DNA of 64,000 bases from Octopus vulgaris (Eukaryota), in the NCBI GenBank assembly GCA_951406725.2, contig OX597831.1:34906001-34970000 (forward strand). The letters are read 5' to 3'. Below the pieces are notes generated by a model that did not search any database, had not been told where the DNA came from, and saw only the letters and a list, made by a program, of their open reading frames with translations. The position numbers were made by a program, and so were the translations under genes. Shown piece after piece: positions 27,091 to 40,680 of the stretch; within the stretch, counting starts at the first letter, position 1, and each line of letters opens with the position of its first letter.

Positions 27091-27692
27091 ATAGTATTAC
27101 ATACATATAAGAGGGAATTACCACTATGTGGAAACCCTTACGCTAGAAGATCTGCTATGGTCTTACCACTAAGAATTGTTCTCTAGAAAATTTAGCAAAC
27201 ACCAGCTAGACCACTGGTGTTAGATTGATGTTATCAAATTAATATCCAATTTTTCACCCTCATTTTAATTTTAATTTTAAATTGATATGTTCTCAAACTG
27301 CAGTAAATTATTTTATGCAGTATTATTTCCGGTAATTTAGCATGCCAAAACGAAGACTTTTGAAAAATAACCTCAAGTGTAATAGGTAGAACTGCATATA
27401 TATTCAACCTCTTGTTGATGTCTAGTGTGTAGTTCTGCAAATTATATTTGTATGGACGATCATACTGAAGATCTACAGATAAATTGCATAAGTGAAATTA
27501 CATAATTTGTTGATAGTGAAACATGATTAATCTATATTTTTATTACTTTTTATTTGTCTTGCTCGCTTACGTTTCTGGTGTTTGCTCAATTTTCTAGAGA
27601 ACAATTCTTAGTGGTAAGACCATAGCGGATCTGCTTCTAGCGTAAGGGTTTCCACATAGTGGTAATTCCCTCTTATATGTATGTAATACTAT
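27091..27692. mobile_element. Young MITE with ~115-bp terminal inverted repeats
   Basis: atagtattacatacatataagagggaattaccactatgtggaaacccttacgctagaag... (27091-27205) is mirrored at 27575-27692 with only a few mismatches and one 3-nt indel. Confidence 0.9.
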
Positions 27693-29311
27693 ATATATAT
27701 ATATGCGTATATACATACATATATGTCCATATGTATGTATATACGCATATATGGGTAGAGGATGTCATAAAACATAAACAACATGAAATACAAAAATAAA
27801 GTTGGGTATGCAAAGAATGAGAGAAACAAATGGAAAACAAGACAAGTATCATAAAAAACGACCCTTCATCAGTTGTCAGCTGTTCTTCTACTCCTTATTT
27901 CTAGCCATGAACAACAATATAAGACTTTGAAGTTAGTTGCTCCTACAGACCAAAATAAATTTGGGATTTATGGAGGGTCAAAATTAGTAACAAAAACAGG
28001 ACATACAACAAACCAGATGAAACAAAGACAAACAGGGAGGGCCATTAGGCCAAGATGAGGTATGGTAGCAAACACTGGAAGAAGATTCTTTGATAAGAGA
28101 AAAGATAGGAGAGGAGACAGATAATGATGCATCTGGACTGCGCTCTTTTCTACTCTAGGCACAAGGCCAGAAATTTGGTGGGAGTGGGGCAATCAATTAG
28201 ACCAACCCCAGTACACAAATGGTACTTAAAGGACAAAAGGATAAGTCGACCTCGTCAGAATTTGAACTCAGATCGTAAAGACAGGAGAAATACTGCTAAG
28301 CTTTTCCGCCAGCTCGCCACCTTTATATATATATATATATATATATATATTCCTATAAGAAGTCTCAATATCCTCATTGTGACAATATATATATATATAT
28401 ATATATATTGTCACAATGAGGGTATTCAGACTTTATCCAAGATACACTGGTTTAATACATTATATTTTGAAGAGATAATTCTTCAATGAATATATTATAT
28501 AGAATATCCCTAAGATATCAAACATTTTTATTGAGTTAGATCTCCCTGTTTTCTGACTCAATAAATATACATATATGTATATCGGTGTTATTTCGCTGCT
28601 ATATGACTTTATTTGTATTATTTGTGGCCTGACTTTAATTCTCATCTGAAATTTATTCATTTTGATTTATTGACTTCGGTAAATGTTTCAGGATAGAACG
28701 TATGTAAGAAACAATATTGTGGTAGTTTAATACTGTAGTATTTGTGTAGTAATTATTTGTAGTGAGACATGGCCTACTGTTCTTCTTTTCCTAATTTATT
28801 TGAAGATGGCAGGGTACTTAATATATGAGGAAAATTTGGTTGCTGTTTCTAGCAAATTGAGTAATCATAGAAGCTCCTTCATGGACTCAGCAGAACAAAG
28901 TCATTCTTTTGTATGACATTTAGATATGCTTGTGCATCTTTACTCTGTATGTGTGTGCTTGTCTTTCTTGTATCTCATACCACTTAATCTGTAATAGTTG
29001 ATAGGGGTTTTATCGTGTAGATCCCTATCTATATGTATCTCTTATTAAGTAGGGAGCAGTGATCCGTTCAACCAAATTTTGTGTCATTCTTTTATTCTTT
29101 TACTTGTTTCAGTAATTTGAGTGCGGCCATGCTAGAGCACCGCTTTTAGTCTAACAAATTGACCCCAGGACTTATTCTCTGTAAGCTTAGTACTTATTGT
29201 ATTGGTCTCTTTTTGCAGAACCGCTAAGTTACCGGAACGTAAATGCACCAACATTGGCTGTCAAGCATTGGTGGTGGGGACAGAGACACAGACACAGATA
29301 CACACACAAAA

Positions 29312-29362
<51 letters not shown>

Positions 29363-30034
29363 GGGCTTCTTTCAATTTCCGTCTACCAAATCCACTCACA
29401 AGGATTTTGTCAGCCCAAGGCTATAGTAGAAGACACTTGCCCAAGTGGAACTTGAACCCAGAACCATGTGGTTAGGAAGCAAGCTTCTTCCCGCACAGCT
29501 ACACATGTACCTTAAAAAATAAAAGCTAAAATATATAGCACAAAAGCACAGCAACCAAATGCTTGAATCATAGTTTACCAAGAGAGCTGAGGCTGACAGT
29601 TGTATCTTTTCTTTGATGCAATTTATTAGTGAGACTGTGACCCACACCACTACCCCACTACCCTTAAATCCCCACTCCCCCATTTTCTTGTTATATTTAT
29701 ATACATTAAGATATTTCCAAGAACTCAAGTCTGTAACGATTTGTATCTAAACCCTAAACTTAATACTGTTACCTAAACCTCAAACTTAGGCACTTAATTT
29801 CATTGCCCCACCCAGAGATATTTGAGCTGGGTAGTTTATTGTTACATATATTTCCAGAACTTATAAATGGGGTGTGTGTCAAAAGAAACACACTTATGCC
29901 TTTAAAAATATTGCCTTTATAATTGTATGCATGTATTCGTGTGTGTTTCTAACCTATAATGAAGAAATAGTACGCTTATGATGTATTTATGAGGTTAAAT
30001 ATATTTTCATCACTTATAACTCTGTGTGTGTCTG

Positions 30035-30074
<40 letters not shown>

Positions 30075-30781
30075 TATGTGTGTGTGTTGAGAAGACCACC
30101 TTTGTCTTTTAGAACACTGCATTAGTAAAGATTCGGAACTATATTCGTGTGTGTGTGTGTATGCATATATATACATACGTGTGTGTGTGTTTCTAACTAT
30201 ACTACAATAAAGAAACAATACACTAGTTTTCCACTTCAGGAAAATGTATTTGACTAAATCTTGACCACATAAGTAGTTACTTGGTCAAACTTCATTTTAT
30301 GGTGCCATACTAAATTAACTTTGTGGCTTATTTTTCCTAGCCCTCTTGCACAACAGATGCCATTTCCTTTTCATGGTGACAGCCGTTACCAGTATGAAGG
30401 GACAGCCAGCTATAAAAATACAGACATCAATAACTCGAGCTTGATAAATATATGCAAGATGGAGCAAGAAGAGAAGAAAAGAGTAGGCACCCTATGATTT
30501 TCTTCTTTTTTCCTTGTGTGTTTCCATGCAAAAATGTATTCAGGAGATGATTGCTGTGAAAAGACTTACTAATGAAACTCTAGAGCACATCTAATAATCT
30601 CAATGAGTATTCTTGTTGTAGTTCAGCTGCTGGCTCTACCTATTTAGCATGTGTCATTGCTTAAATGGCTAAGTATCCATCAGAAGCTTGTGTCCTTACG
30701 TAAGTTTCTGCTGGGTTCTCTCATTGATTTCAGCAGTGAATGTTCTGGCTGTTTGCTCAACTGGAACAACTTGTAGATTGT

Positions 30782-30822
<41 letters not shown>

Positions 30823-31004
30823 TATCATTTAATGTCAGCTTTCCATGCTGGCATGGGTTGGACTGGTTAACATAGAGCTGGCTAGCAGGGAGCTCTCCAA
30901 ACTCCCAACTGTCTGTTGTGGCATGGTTTCTATGGCTAGATGCCCTTCCTAACGCCATCCACTTGCAGAAATGCTTTGTGACACATTATAGAAATCATTA
31001 TTTT

Positions 31005-31645
31005 GTACTTACTTACTTAAGCCCTTCACTCCATATATATGGAGCATAGGCTCTCAACAACTTTCCTTCACTGTTCTTGACACTTGGCTGTCCCCTCTCA
31101 GCTCTTTTTGAATTGTCATCAATGCTTTTGTATTTAAGTACTTTTTCTCCCTGTAGAGCACTGGCTATTGTTGATTTTTCTCCACAGTTCTTGACTCTAG
31201 GTTGTTCTCTCCCCTGTCTGGTTGGTTTGGTTCCTTATAAACCAAAGGCCACTGATAACTTCACTGTTCTCAACTCTGGGTTATCCTCTCCTAGATTTTG
31301 TTGGTTTTAAGCTGTCATCAGTGTTTCTGTACCTAAGCCCTTTGCTCTATATGGGGCAAAGTCCACCAACAAGTTGTTGCCCTCTATTATCGACTCTGAG
31401 CTATCTTCTCTCAGGTCTTGTTCGTTTTGAATTGTCATTGATACTTCTGTAACTTTAGTTTCTTTTTTTTTTCAAGCTAAGAGTGTTGGCTCTATGCAGA
31501 TCCATTATTACCTCTGAGAGGAGGTGGTCCATGTCAGTCTGGCCCTGCCCTTTGACCTATTCAGGATGGGAGTCTCTACTAGAAGCTTTCGCTCTGCAGG
31601 CATAGCTTTCAGTGAGGCTCATAAGCCACTATACTTCAACGGTGT
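31005..31645 (-). mobile_element. Old non-autonomous RTE-type retroelement with (TAAG)n tail
   Basis: The + strand begins tacttacttacttaa (the tail) and has internal ~120-bp degenerate repeats. The distal motif ccctttgacctattcaggatggg...catagct resembles RTE 5' UTR motifs as recalled. Confidence 0.5.
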
Positions 31646-32695
31646 CATCATAATGTAAGCGGCTGAGTACTCCACAGACAGTTGTGACTTTAATGTAAAT
31701 AAACCTCTGCTACAATATGCAACAGGCTATCCAATCAACTGGAAACACTCATTGCATTATGGAAATTTCTTTAATGCAAGACACTCGAATCCCTGACACA
31801 ACCTTCAGGCACCGCAACATGACACAGTATGTGTGATGGGTTTGAGCCCTCAAATCACCGATAACCATGGCATGACTCTGCACACTGCATTCAATGAAAC
31901 TCACACTTTAAATCAGAAGTACAGTCCATTCATATCACAGTATTAACTGGTTGAGTATTCCTCCGGTGCTTCTATTATAGTCAAGGATTACCCTTAACCC
32001 CTTAGCATTCAGATTACACTGTCTAATGTATCATCATCATCATCATTGTTTAACGTCCGTTTTCCATGCCAGCATGGGTTGGACTGGGGTCTGGGAAGCC
32101 AGGAGGCTACACCAGGCTCCAGTCTGATCTGGCATTGTTTCTACAGCTGGATGCCCTTCCTAATGCCAAGCACTACATGAGTGTAGTGGGTGCTTTTTAT
32201 GTGCCACCGGCACGGGTATCACGACTACAATTTCCATTTGATTTTCATTTTGATTTTGATGTACTTGACTCAATAGGTCTCCTCAAGCACAGCAGGTCGC
32301 CCTACGATCCAAGGTACATTTGAATGGGCTGGGGCTGGTTATGCGAAACTGGTTCACACTGTTTTAAATTAATCATGCATATTTTCGTAGCTTCAAGATT
32401 TCAGTGATGTGATTGTTTATTTTTAGAATGACATTGTTGGGTATGTGTAAAAGGCCAAATGTGACTGATTTGAGCAGTATGAATATTTATGCCTGAAATG
32501 GCCAGGTTAAATGTTGGAGGGTTAAAATAATAAGCATAGTTCTGTGTGTGACAATGTTGAACCTGAAATCACAAGGACAGTCTATCAAATACTTCATCAA
32601 TAGATAGATAGACAGTAGCTGTACTAATTGCTTTTGTTGTTGCTGCTGTTGTTGTTGTTGTTGTAATCTAATGTTTATTTCTATGTGTTATATAG

Positions 32696-32776
32696 GCTAT
32701 GCTACTGATCCCAGCACTGAAATAGAATCACAAGCTCCTGTCATTGGAGATGTTGCTAAAGCCGAAGCAAATAAAC
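32696..32776 (+). CDS. CDC40: CDC40/PRP17 internal exon B (81 nt, phase 1 to 1)
   Basis: Acceptor tatatAG, donor C|GTAAGT. Encodes (G)YATDPSTEIESQAPVIGDVAKAEANK, matching GYALDPS...IGSVEEAEKN. Continues the exon A frame exactly. Confidence 0.94.
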
Positions 32777-32947
32777 GTAAGTTAAATACATCTTCTCTTG
32801 ACTTTTTTTCTTCTTTGTGTGTGTGTGTGTTGTTTTCTCTGCTTTCTCTCTTCTTCAGAAGTGAGAGTATGTATGTGGTTGGGAGGAAGGGGTAAATACA
32901 GTGATAAGAGTGAGAAAGTGGTTGATGTTGGAACAGTAGTAGTAGTA

Positions 32948-33253
32948 GTTTTGCTTGTTCCTTCTCGAGCCATGCCTGGCTCATAAGGGCCGGTTTCCCC
33001 GGTTTTCTTGGCATATAGGTTCCCCACCTGGATGGGATGCCGGTCCGTTGCAGGTGAGCTGCAAGATGCAGGAGGAAAGAGTGAGAGAAAGTTGTGGTGA
33101 AAGAGTCAGCAGAAGTTCGCCATTACCTTCTGCCAGAGCCGCATGGAGCTTAGGTGTTTCGCTCATAAACACACACATCGCCCGGTCTGAGATTCGAACC
33201 CGCGTTCCCTCGACTGCGAGTCCGTTGCTCTAACCACTAGGCCATGTGCCTCC
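32948..33253 (-). mobile_element. Young full-length tRNA-derived SINE with 15-bp TSD
   Basis: Minus strand has A box tggcctagtggtta and B box gggttcgaatctc. TSD acagtagtagtagta at 32933-32947 and 33254-33268. Confidence 0.88.
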
Positions 33254-34419
33254 ACAGTAGTAGTAGTATAGAAAAGAAACTGATGAGCAGCTACATTTTG
33301 GTTATTGGTAACATGAGAGAATAATGACCGAGCAACAAAGTAAGACCCCAAAATCAAGATCCCACTATTGCCTTAGAACAGGTGTTGGTGTCTCCGTTAG
33401 GGACCTGGTTTATTTACCAACTTCGTTTATTTTATTTGTTTTGTGTTTTTTCTCTGCTTTGCTGTGTCACATGACTTTGAGTGATTTGAGGCTATGAATT
33501 CTTCGCTGCAATTCAAATGCAACAGTGAGTTGCTCCTACAATTACATACACCAGTGAACTCAACAGGAAGTATTCATGTCACAGATGTGGCTTCTAACTG
33601 CGTTCCTGCGTGTCTGTGTTTCATTTATATATTTATGTATTTTTGGGTGCCAAAGTTAACACCCAGCACCCATTACATGTGGGGAACCAAGTAGCTTAAC
33701 TGTTTCTGTTTTTGTTGCTTCAGTGATGACGATGATGATGATGATGGTGGTGATGATGGTGATAGGGGTAGTAGTGGTAGTTGTTTCTGCAAGCAGCCTC
33801 CTGGGTTCAAAGAACTGCATGAAATATTAGTTTCTTACTTCAGCATAAATGCCACAAATATATTTTGCATTATCTTTCTCCTTTCCTTATTAGAAATCAC
33901 AGACACATTCTACATACATTCATATATACAGACTGACGTGTGTGTATGTGTACAAAGATATCGTATCACCATCATCATCATCATCATTTAACATCTCTTG
34001 TCCATGCTGGCATGGGTAGAACAGTTTGACCAGGGCTGGTAAGCTGAGGGGCTGCACCAGACTCCAGTCTGATTTTGCATGATTTCTACAGCTGGATGTC
34101 CTTCTTAATGCCAACCACTCCGAGAGTGTAATGCGTGATTTCATGTGCCACTGGCATGGGTGCCATTTGCATGACACTAGCATGGTCACATTGCTTCCGT
34201 GAGGCCCAACACTCGAATGGTGTCTTCTACGTGACACAGGCATCAGCTGCATTGCCTCTGTGAGGCCCAACGCTCCAATTGGTGCTTTTTATGTGCCACG
34301 ACTACAATTTCACTTCTCAAGCACATCATCATCATCATCATCGTTTAACATCCGCTTTCCATGCTAGCATGGGTTGGACCACTAACATGGGTTACATATA
34401 TATATATGAAAAGGCTTAA

Positions 34420-34626
34420 CCCTTTTGTTACCATATTTCTGTTTCTTTCAATTAATTTTAAATATAACAAAGAATTTAGTAAAATAACTTAGTTATCATT
34501 AAGCTAGTGTTAAGAACATAAATTGTGACTAAGGTTTGGTGGCAGATTTTAATTCAGAACTTTTGAAAGCAAGACATTTGTATTACAGAGCTGGAGGCAG
34601 TTTAAGCCAGGTTGGTATCAAAAGGG
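34420..34626. mobile_element. piggyBac-like MITE
   Basis: TTAA-cccttttgttacca ... tggtatcaaaaggg-TTAA. A degenerate reverse copy lies at about 3092-3262. Confidence 0.85.
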
Positions 34627-35489
34627 TTAATAGTTAGGGTGTTTGGTTCAGGATTCTAAAGTCATAAGTTCAATTCCTGGCTGTGTGTTGTGTTCTTGAG
34701 CAAGGCAATTTATTTCACATTGCTCCAGTCCACTCAGCTGGCAAAAATTAATTGTACCTGTAATACAAGGGGCCAACCCAGTCACACTCTCTGTCATGCT
34801 GAATCTCCCTGAGCACTCTGTTAAGAGTACACATCTCTTTGAAGTGCTCAGCCTCTTGCACGCAATTTCACAAGCAAGCTGTTCCGTTGATCGAATCACC
34901 TGGAACACTTGTCATAACCAATGGAGAGTCTAGCCACTAAAACATAGACACACATATGTATATCTTGTACAACACATTGCAGTATGGAACATAGATGTTA
35001 AAATGATGCTGATATATAAGAAACTGTTACAATACAAACAGAACTATTTAATAAAAGTTCCCTATATATTTAGTAAAATGCTCCTTTTGACAATAGACAA
35101 AAAAGAGTAGATGAATTGTCTACAGGAATCAAACCGTGGAACTGTTATATACCAGATGGTCTCAGTAGCCATAATTTCACTTTCTAGCTTTCCAAAAGCT
35201 TTAAATTTCAACGGCTGAGAGTTGTCGTGTCTCTTTGGTGTAATGGTTATATTGTTGATTCATGGTTCAATTCCCACAGGCATTTCTGTTCTTGCCCCCC
35301 ACAACACACCACACCACCCATTGTTTGAAGAGCTATTTTAGCTGATGTATAAAGAACTGCCATTTATTTATAGTTCTGTTTGCATTGTAGTAGCTTCTGA
35401 AAAAAGACTAATTTGAAAATTTCTTAATGCATCTAGCAGTAATCCAATATATATATATATATATCATCATCATCATCATTTAACGTCCG

Positions 35490-35532
<43 letters not shown>

Positions 35533-36289
35533 CCATTTCTGAAAGTGTCTTTCATTTATCATTTCTGCTGGAACATTGTTCCAGATGCAGGTGTGGCTAT
35601 GTGGTTAAGATGCTTGCTTCCCAACTATATGTTCTTGATTTCAGTTCCAATGTGCAGCATCTTGGGAAAATATTCTTCAGCTTAGCCTTGAACCAACCAA
35701 ACCTTGTAAGTGAATTTGGGTGACAGAAACTGAAAAAGCTAATCATGTGTGTGTGTGTCCCTGTCCTTGGCTTGACATTGCACAGTGGTCATAAACATGA
35801 CTCGTTCACTTTTAATCATTTTGAAAAACGTGTCTAGCCATGAGGAAATATTTCCTTGCTTGGAAACTGGTAAGTGTTGACAACAGCTAACCGTGTGTTT
35901 TATTTAACATTTGCTTTTCATTGAAACCCGCTCGCAAGTTTGTAACCAAGGTGAATACCACTGAGGTTTGTCTTGGAATGTCTTGGGAAAGTATTGTAGA
36001 GCTGTTAAGTCAGCATGTTTTGGTGCCAATGAAAAAAAACCTATTATGTAATTAAGATCACGGATATAAGCCTGTTTGCTTGACTGAGTAAAGCAGTCAA
36101 AGCCAGTGGAATCTCATCTTTATTTTTTTCCCCATTGCAATTTTTTTAAAGCATTTTTCTTGTATTTTTTTTTTATTTTCATTTTCTATTTTCATATATT
36201 TTTTTTTTACTCAAAAGTGTTTCCACATCTGTTTTGTATATTAGCATGTGTCTTCATATTCATAGCTATCAAAATGCATATATACTCAA

Positions 36290-36320
<31 letters not shown>

Positions 36321-36433
36321 TAGATGCATGCATGTGCACACACACTCACACTACACATACTTTATAGTAGTTACCTTTATCCACATAACAGTTGCTGATA
36401 GCTACACACCAGTTGTGGTTGGTGGTGAAAGTG

Positions 36434-36484
<51 letters not shown>

Positions 36485-36667
36485 CTCCCTTTTCTCCTAC
36501 TCCTACCATTCCTTTTATCTTTCCACCCTCCTCCCTCATTTAAAAATTTTTTTTTTTTCTTCCCATATCCATCACAGAATATTAAAATGGGGAGAAGAAA
36601 CAGGAACATCTTTTTTGGATAGCCATTGCTGGATACTCTTTGATTTGGAAAGATCATCATCATCATG

Positions 36668-36714
<47 letters not shown>

Positions 36715-36928
36715 GAAGATGGCGAGGTGGCAGAATGGTTGCATGCCAAGCAAAATGCTTAGTGGCATTTCGTCCGTCTTTACAGTCTGAGTTCAAATTC
36801 CGTCGAGGTTGACTTAGCCTTTCATCCTTTCGGGGTCGATGAAATAAGTACCAGTTACGCACTGGGGTCGATGTAATCAACTTGCCCCCTCCTCCAAAGT
36901 TTCAGGCCTTGTGCTTATAGTAGAAAGG

Positions 36929-36981
<53 letters not shown>

Positions 36982-37170
36982 GAAGGCGGCAAGGTGGCAG
37001 AATTGTTAGCACGCAAGGTGAAATGCTTAGCTTAATGGAATTTCATCTGTCTTTATGTTCTGAGTTCAAATTCCGCTAAGGTCAACTTTGCCTTTCATCC
37101 TTTCAGGGTCAATGAAATAGGTACCAGTTATGCACTGGAGTTGATGTAATTGACTAGTCCCCTTTCCCAA
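36715..37170 (+). mobile_element. Two tandem SINE family B copies, each preceded by a long (ATT)n tract
   Basis: Long (ATT)n at 36668-36713 and 36929-36979, each followed by the aagaag..ggc.aggtggcagaat head. Confidence 0.88.
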
Positions 37171-37172
37171 AA

Positions 37173-37481
37173 ATAGAGGTAACTCAAATGTGGAACCTAA
37201 AAACAAAAACATTTCCTATCATAGTAGGTGCATTAGGTACGATAAAAAAAAACATTCAGACAAATACATAACAAAAACATCAGGACTTACAAGTATATAT
37301 AACATACAAAAAACAGCACTACTAGGCACTGCACACATGCTATGCAAATCACTTTCAATACACTAATAGTAAGAAACCACAGCACATACGCAAGGCACAC
37401 AGAGCTGTGCTCGGTGGTGCAATGAAAGCACATGATAAAAATAAGACTGCTGAATAATAATAATGATGATAATAATAATAA
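37173..37481 (+). mobile_element. R4/Dong-clade (RLE endonuclease) non-LTR retrotransposon 3' fragment
   Basis: Translates to IEVTQMWNLKTKTFPIIVGALGTIKK, then after a frameshift SDKYITKTSGLTSIYNIQKTALLGTAHML. This matches the PI.VGALG...QK..LLGTA C-terminus of R4-type RLE proteins. A short 3' UTR ends in (AAT)n. Confidence 0.8.
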
Positions 37482-39026
37482 TATTTATAGTAGATCCTTT
37501 CTACTATGTGTACAAGGCCTGGATTTTGTGGGTTGGGGGACAGCTGATCACATCAACCCTGTACTCAGCTGGTACTTAATTTATTGACCCTGAAAGAATA
37601 TCTAGGCAAAGTTGACCTTGGCGGAATTTAAACTCAGTTATAATAATGATAAATATTATAGTAATGATAATAATTCTTTCAACAATGGGCGCATTGTTAT
37701 TATGGTATTAAAGGATAGTGAATTGGTAAAAAATCATTTGGGCATTGCAATACTGACTTATTAGGTCTCAAAGCACCAGGCAGGATTTGAACTAGGAACT
37801 TTTATTTCTGAACTTAGAGTAATAATTCTCTTTTTGTCTCAATTACTCATCCAGGAATGAACAATCTAGTGAAGATCATGGATTAAACTGATTACAACAT
37901 GTTTCATTTATTCATTTTTATGTCCACTTTCCTATGCCGGCATGGGTCAGTTGAGTTCTTATTAAAGTATTATTTTACATCTGAATGCCCACCTATAACT
38001 ATTTTTTGAATGTGGATTCTAAATATTGACTAATTTATCATCTCAAAAGATGAAGTTATTAGCAAAACAAAATTACATTTACGATCTTATATTAAATTTA
38101 TCTTTTCTTTTTTTATCTCTATTTCTTTATGACAAGGAGTAAACTGGGAAAAGATGTCCTGTTGGTATTGATGTGGGTTGTGCTATACATTAATATAACC
38201 CAGATAAGAAAAAAAACTTGAGCATTGCTAAATAAACTGAATACCATATGTTTTATATATATATAACTATGAAAATTTGAAAAACATTTTGTGAAAATAT
38301 CACAGATGTGTGTTAGTAAAACATTCTAAATTTATACCCTAATAAATATGTAACTCATGCATACAGCCATACATACACATTGAACCAACTCAGGGAGTGC
38401 CTGTATGTTTGCTTGATCTGCCTCAAAATAGCAGCCAAATCTACCTCAGATCAACATCGCACTATTGCCTTCATCATCATCATCATTTAGTATCTGTTTT
38501 CTATGCTGGCATGGGTGGGTTGGTTGGTTTGACAGGAGCTGGCTAGGCAGAAGACTGCATCTGGCTTCACTGTCTTCTTTGGCATGGTTTTTATGGCAGG
38601 ATGCCCTTCCTAACACCCTTCGTTCCCTCCACCCAAAAAGGAAGAGACATATTGGATGATGTAGTCTTGCAGATGGGGTGATCATGGCTGCAATGCTCAA
38701 ACAAGGTTGACTTGGGTTAAACAACAACAAAAGCATGTGTGTTTGTATTTGTAGACTTGGGGATACAAATAGAGAAAATGGGATTCAATATTCACAAGTG
38801 AATTGTATTCATCATCATTGTCATAATGTCCCCGTTTCCCATGCTTGCATGGTTCAGACAGAGTACATTGATGCAGATTTTCTATGGCCCCTTGCCATTC
38901 CTGTTGCCCTACCTTCACCTAATTCCGAGTAAGGTAATAAATATCTCCTCACAGATGGACATGTTTTGCATTGTAGAACTAGGAATGAAGGACACTACTC
39001 TGATGCAGATGGTGCTCGTTCACAAC

Positions 39027-39788
39027 CGATGTTTCTCAACCTTTTTACCCTTGCGTAACCCTTAAAATGAATTACACATCTCTGAGTTCCTTTTGAGCGT
39101 TGGGCCCCATGGGGCTAAGTGGCCGAGTTCCTTTTGAGTGTTGGGCATCATGTCAGCAATGACTAAAGACCTTTGGCATTATGTTGTGCTTGAGAAGATC
39201 CATCAAGCCAAGCAAAATCACAGTCATGGTAGATACCGGTGTAAAAACACCCATTACACTTTCGGAGTGGTTGGCGTTAGGAAGGGCATCCAGTTATAGA
39301 AAACCATGCCAAATCAGACTGGAGCCTGGCACAGCCTTCCAACATGCCAGCCCAGTCAAACCATCCAACCCATGAGAGCATGGACAAGGTACGTTAAATG
39401 ATGATGAGTATGATGATGAAGGAACTTCTGCACAGGAGCTTGTAGATCTTCATAACTAGCCTCATCCAAATTTATGGAATGTTTCCTCTTCAAAAACCGC
39501 CACATTGTTTTATTAGGTTATTTTTGTAAAAGTAAAGAAAAAATACAGGGTGTCCATAAATTACAGATATCACTAAATATATCCCTATTGGTGGTTATAT
39601 TTTTTTGATAACATAATAGGTTAGATAGAATGGTGTCTATATTACAATAACCAATAATATGTTGTGCATGTATAGTAATGTTGCGATAATGAGATTTATT
39701 ATTGGCTTACTTCACTCTTTCTTGCGGAACCCCTAGCAACCTTTTCCGGAACCCTAGGGTTCCAAAGAACCCTAGTTGAGAAACACTG
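39027..39788. mobile_element. hAT MITE with 8-bp TSD, carrying a nested family C insert (39085-39418)
   Basis: TIRs cgatgtttctcaac / gttgagaaacactg. TSD ttcacaac at 39019-39026 and 39789-39796. Confidence 0.88.
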
Positions 39789-39945
39789 TTCACAACTGTT
39801 GTGTGATGTGAAGACAAGAGCACACACACTGTATATTTGTATGAAAGTATCCTTTCATTTTCCATCTGTTAAGTTACGGTGGATGAAAACACACCAGCAT
39901 CAGTTGTCAAGCGATGGTGGTGGGGACAAACACAGACATACAAAC

Positions 39946-39978
<33 letters not shown>

Positions 39979-40367
39979 ACGGGCTTCTTTCAGTTTCCGT
40001 CTACCAAATCCACTCACAAGGTTTTGGTTGACCTGAGGCTATAGTAGAAGACATTTGCCCAAAGCGCCATGCAGTGCGACTGAACCCGGAACCATGTGGT
40101 TGGGAAGCAAGCTTCTTACCACACATCCACACCTGCACTTATGATGATGATTATATATGTATGTATACAAAATGGCAAGTTGTTGGCCCAAAAAATCTTG
40201 TTTACATTTTAAAACTGTTTCACTGTTTTATTTCTATTTTTTCTCAATTTATGTTAACATATTTTTGAAATATATGAATATATAGATAATATATGTATTT
40301 AAATATATATGCGCACTCATGATGTATAAATATATATATATATGTGTGTATGTGTATATATATCTAG

Positions 40368-40510
40368 ATCTGACAGTTTTTGAAAAAACCAAGTGTCGGC
40401 CTGGTGACAAAAGAAAACGGTTACGGAACGATAATGCAGCAGATGTTGATGGTTATCTTGGACCCTGGGGTAAATTTGTAGATGAACAAACTGTGATGAA
40501 GCCTAATGAG
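40368..40510 (+). CDS. CDC40: CDC40/PRP17 internal exon C (143 nt, phase 1 to 0)
   Basis: Acceptor tatctAG, donor GAG|GTAAGT. Encodes (H)LTVFEKTKCRPGDKRKRLRNDNAADVDGYLGPWGKFVDEQTVMKPNE, matching LTVFE...DGFLGPWAKYVDEKDVAKPSE. Confidence 0.95.
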
Positions 40511-40680
40511 GTAAGTTAAAGTGTGTGGGTGTGTGTGGTGTCTTGGTAGTAGCTATTTATAGCTACGTGAGCGGTCTGTTATATACAGCAGCTGTGTTAC
40601 TATATAACTGATGATAGTAGTTAGCATTGCTGCACTTGCATCGTGTCCGTTGAAGAAGATGGTAACTAACTGGACAAACA

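Noticed and set aside
33175-33253. tRNA gene on the minus strand
   Set aside because: It has A and B boxes but continues into a SINE body with a tail and TSD, so it is a SINE head.
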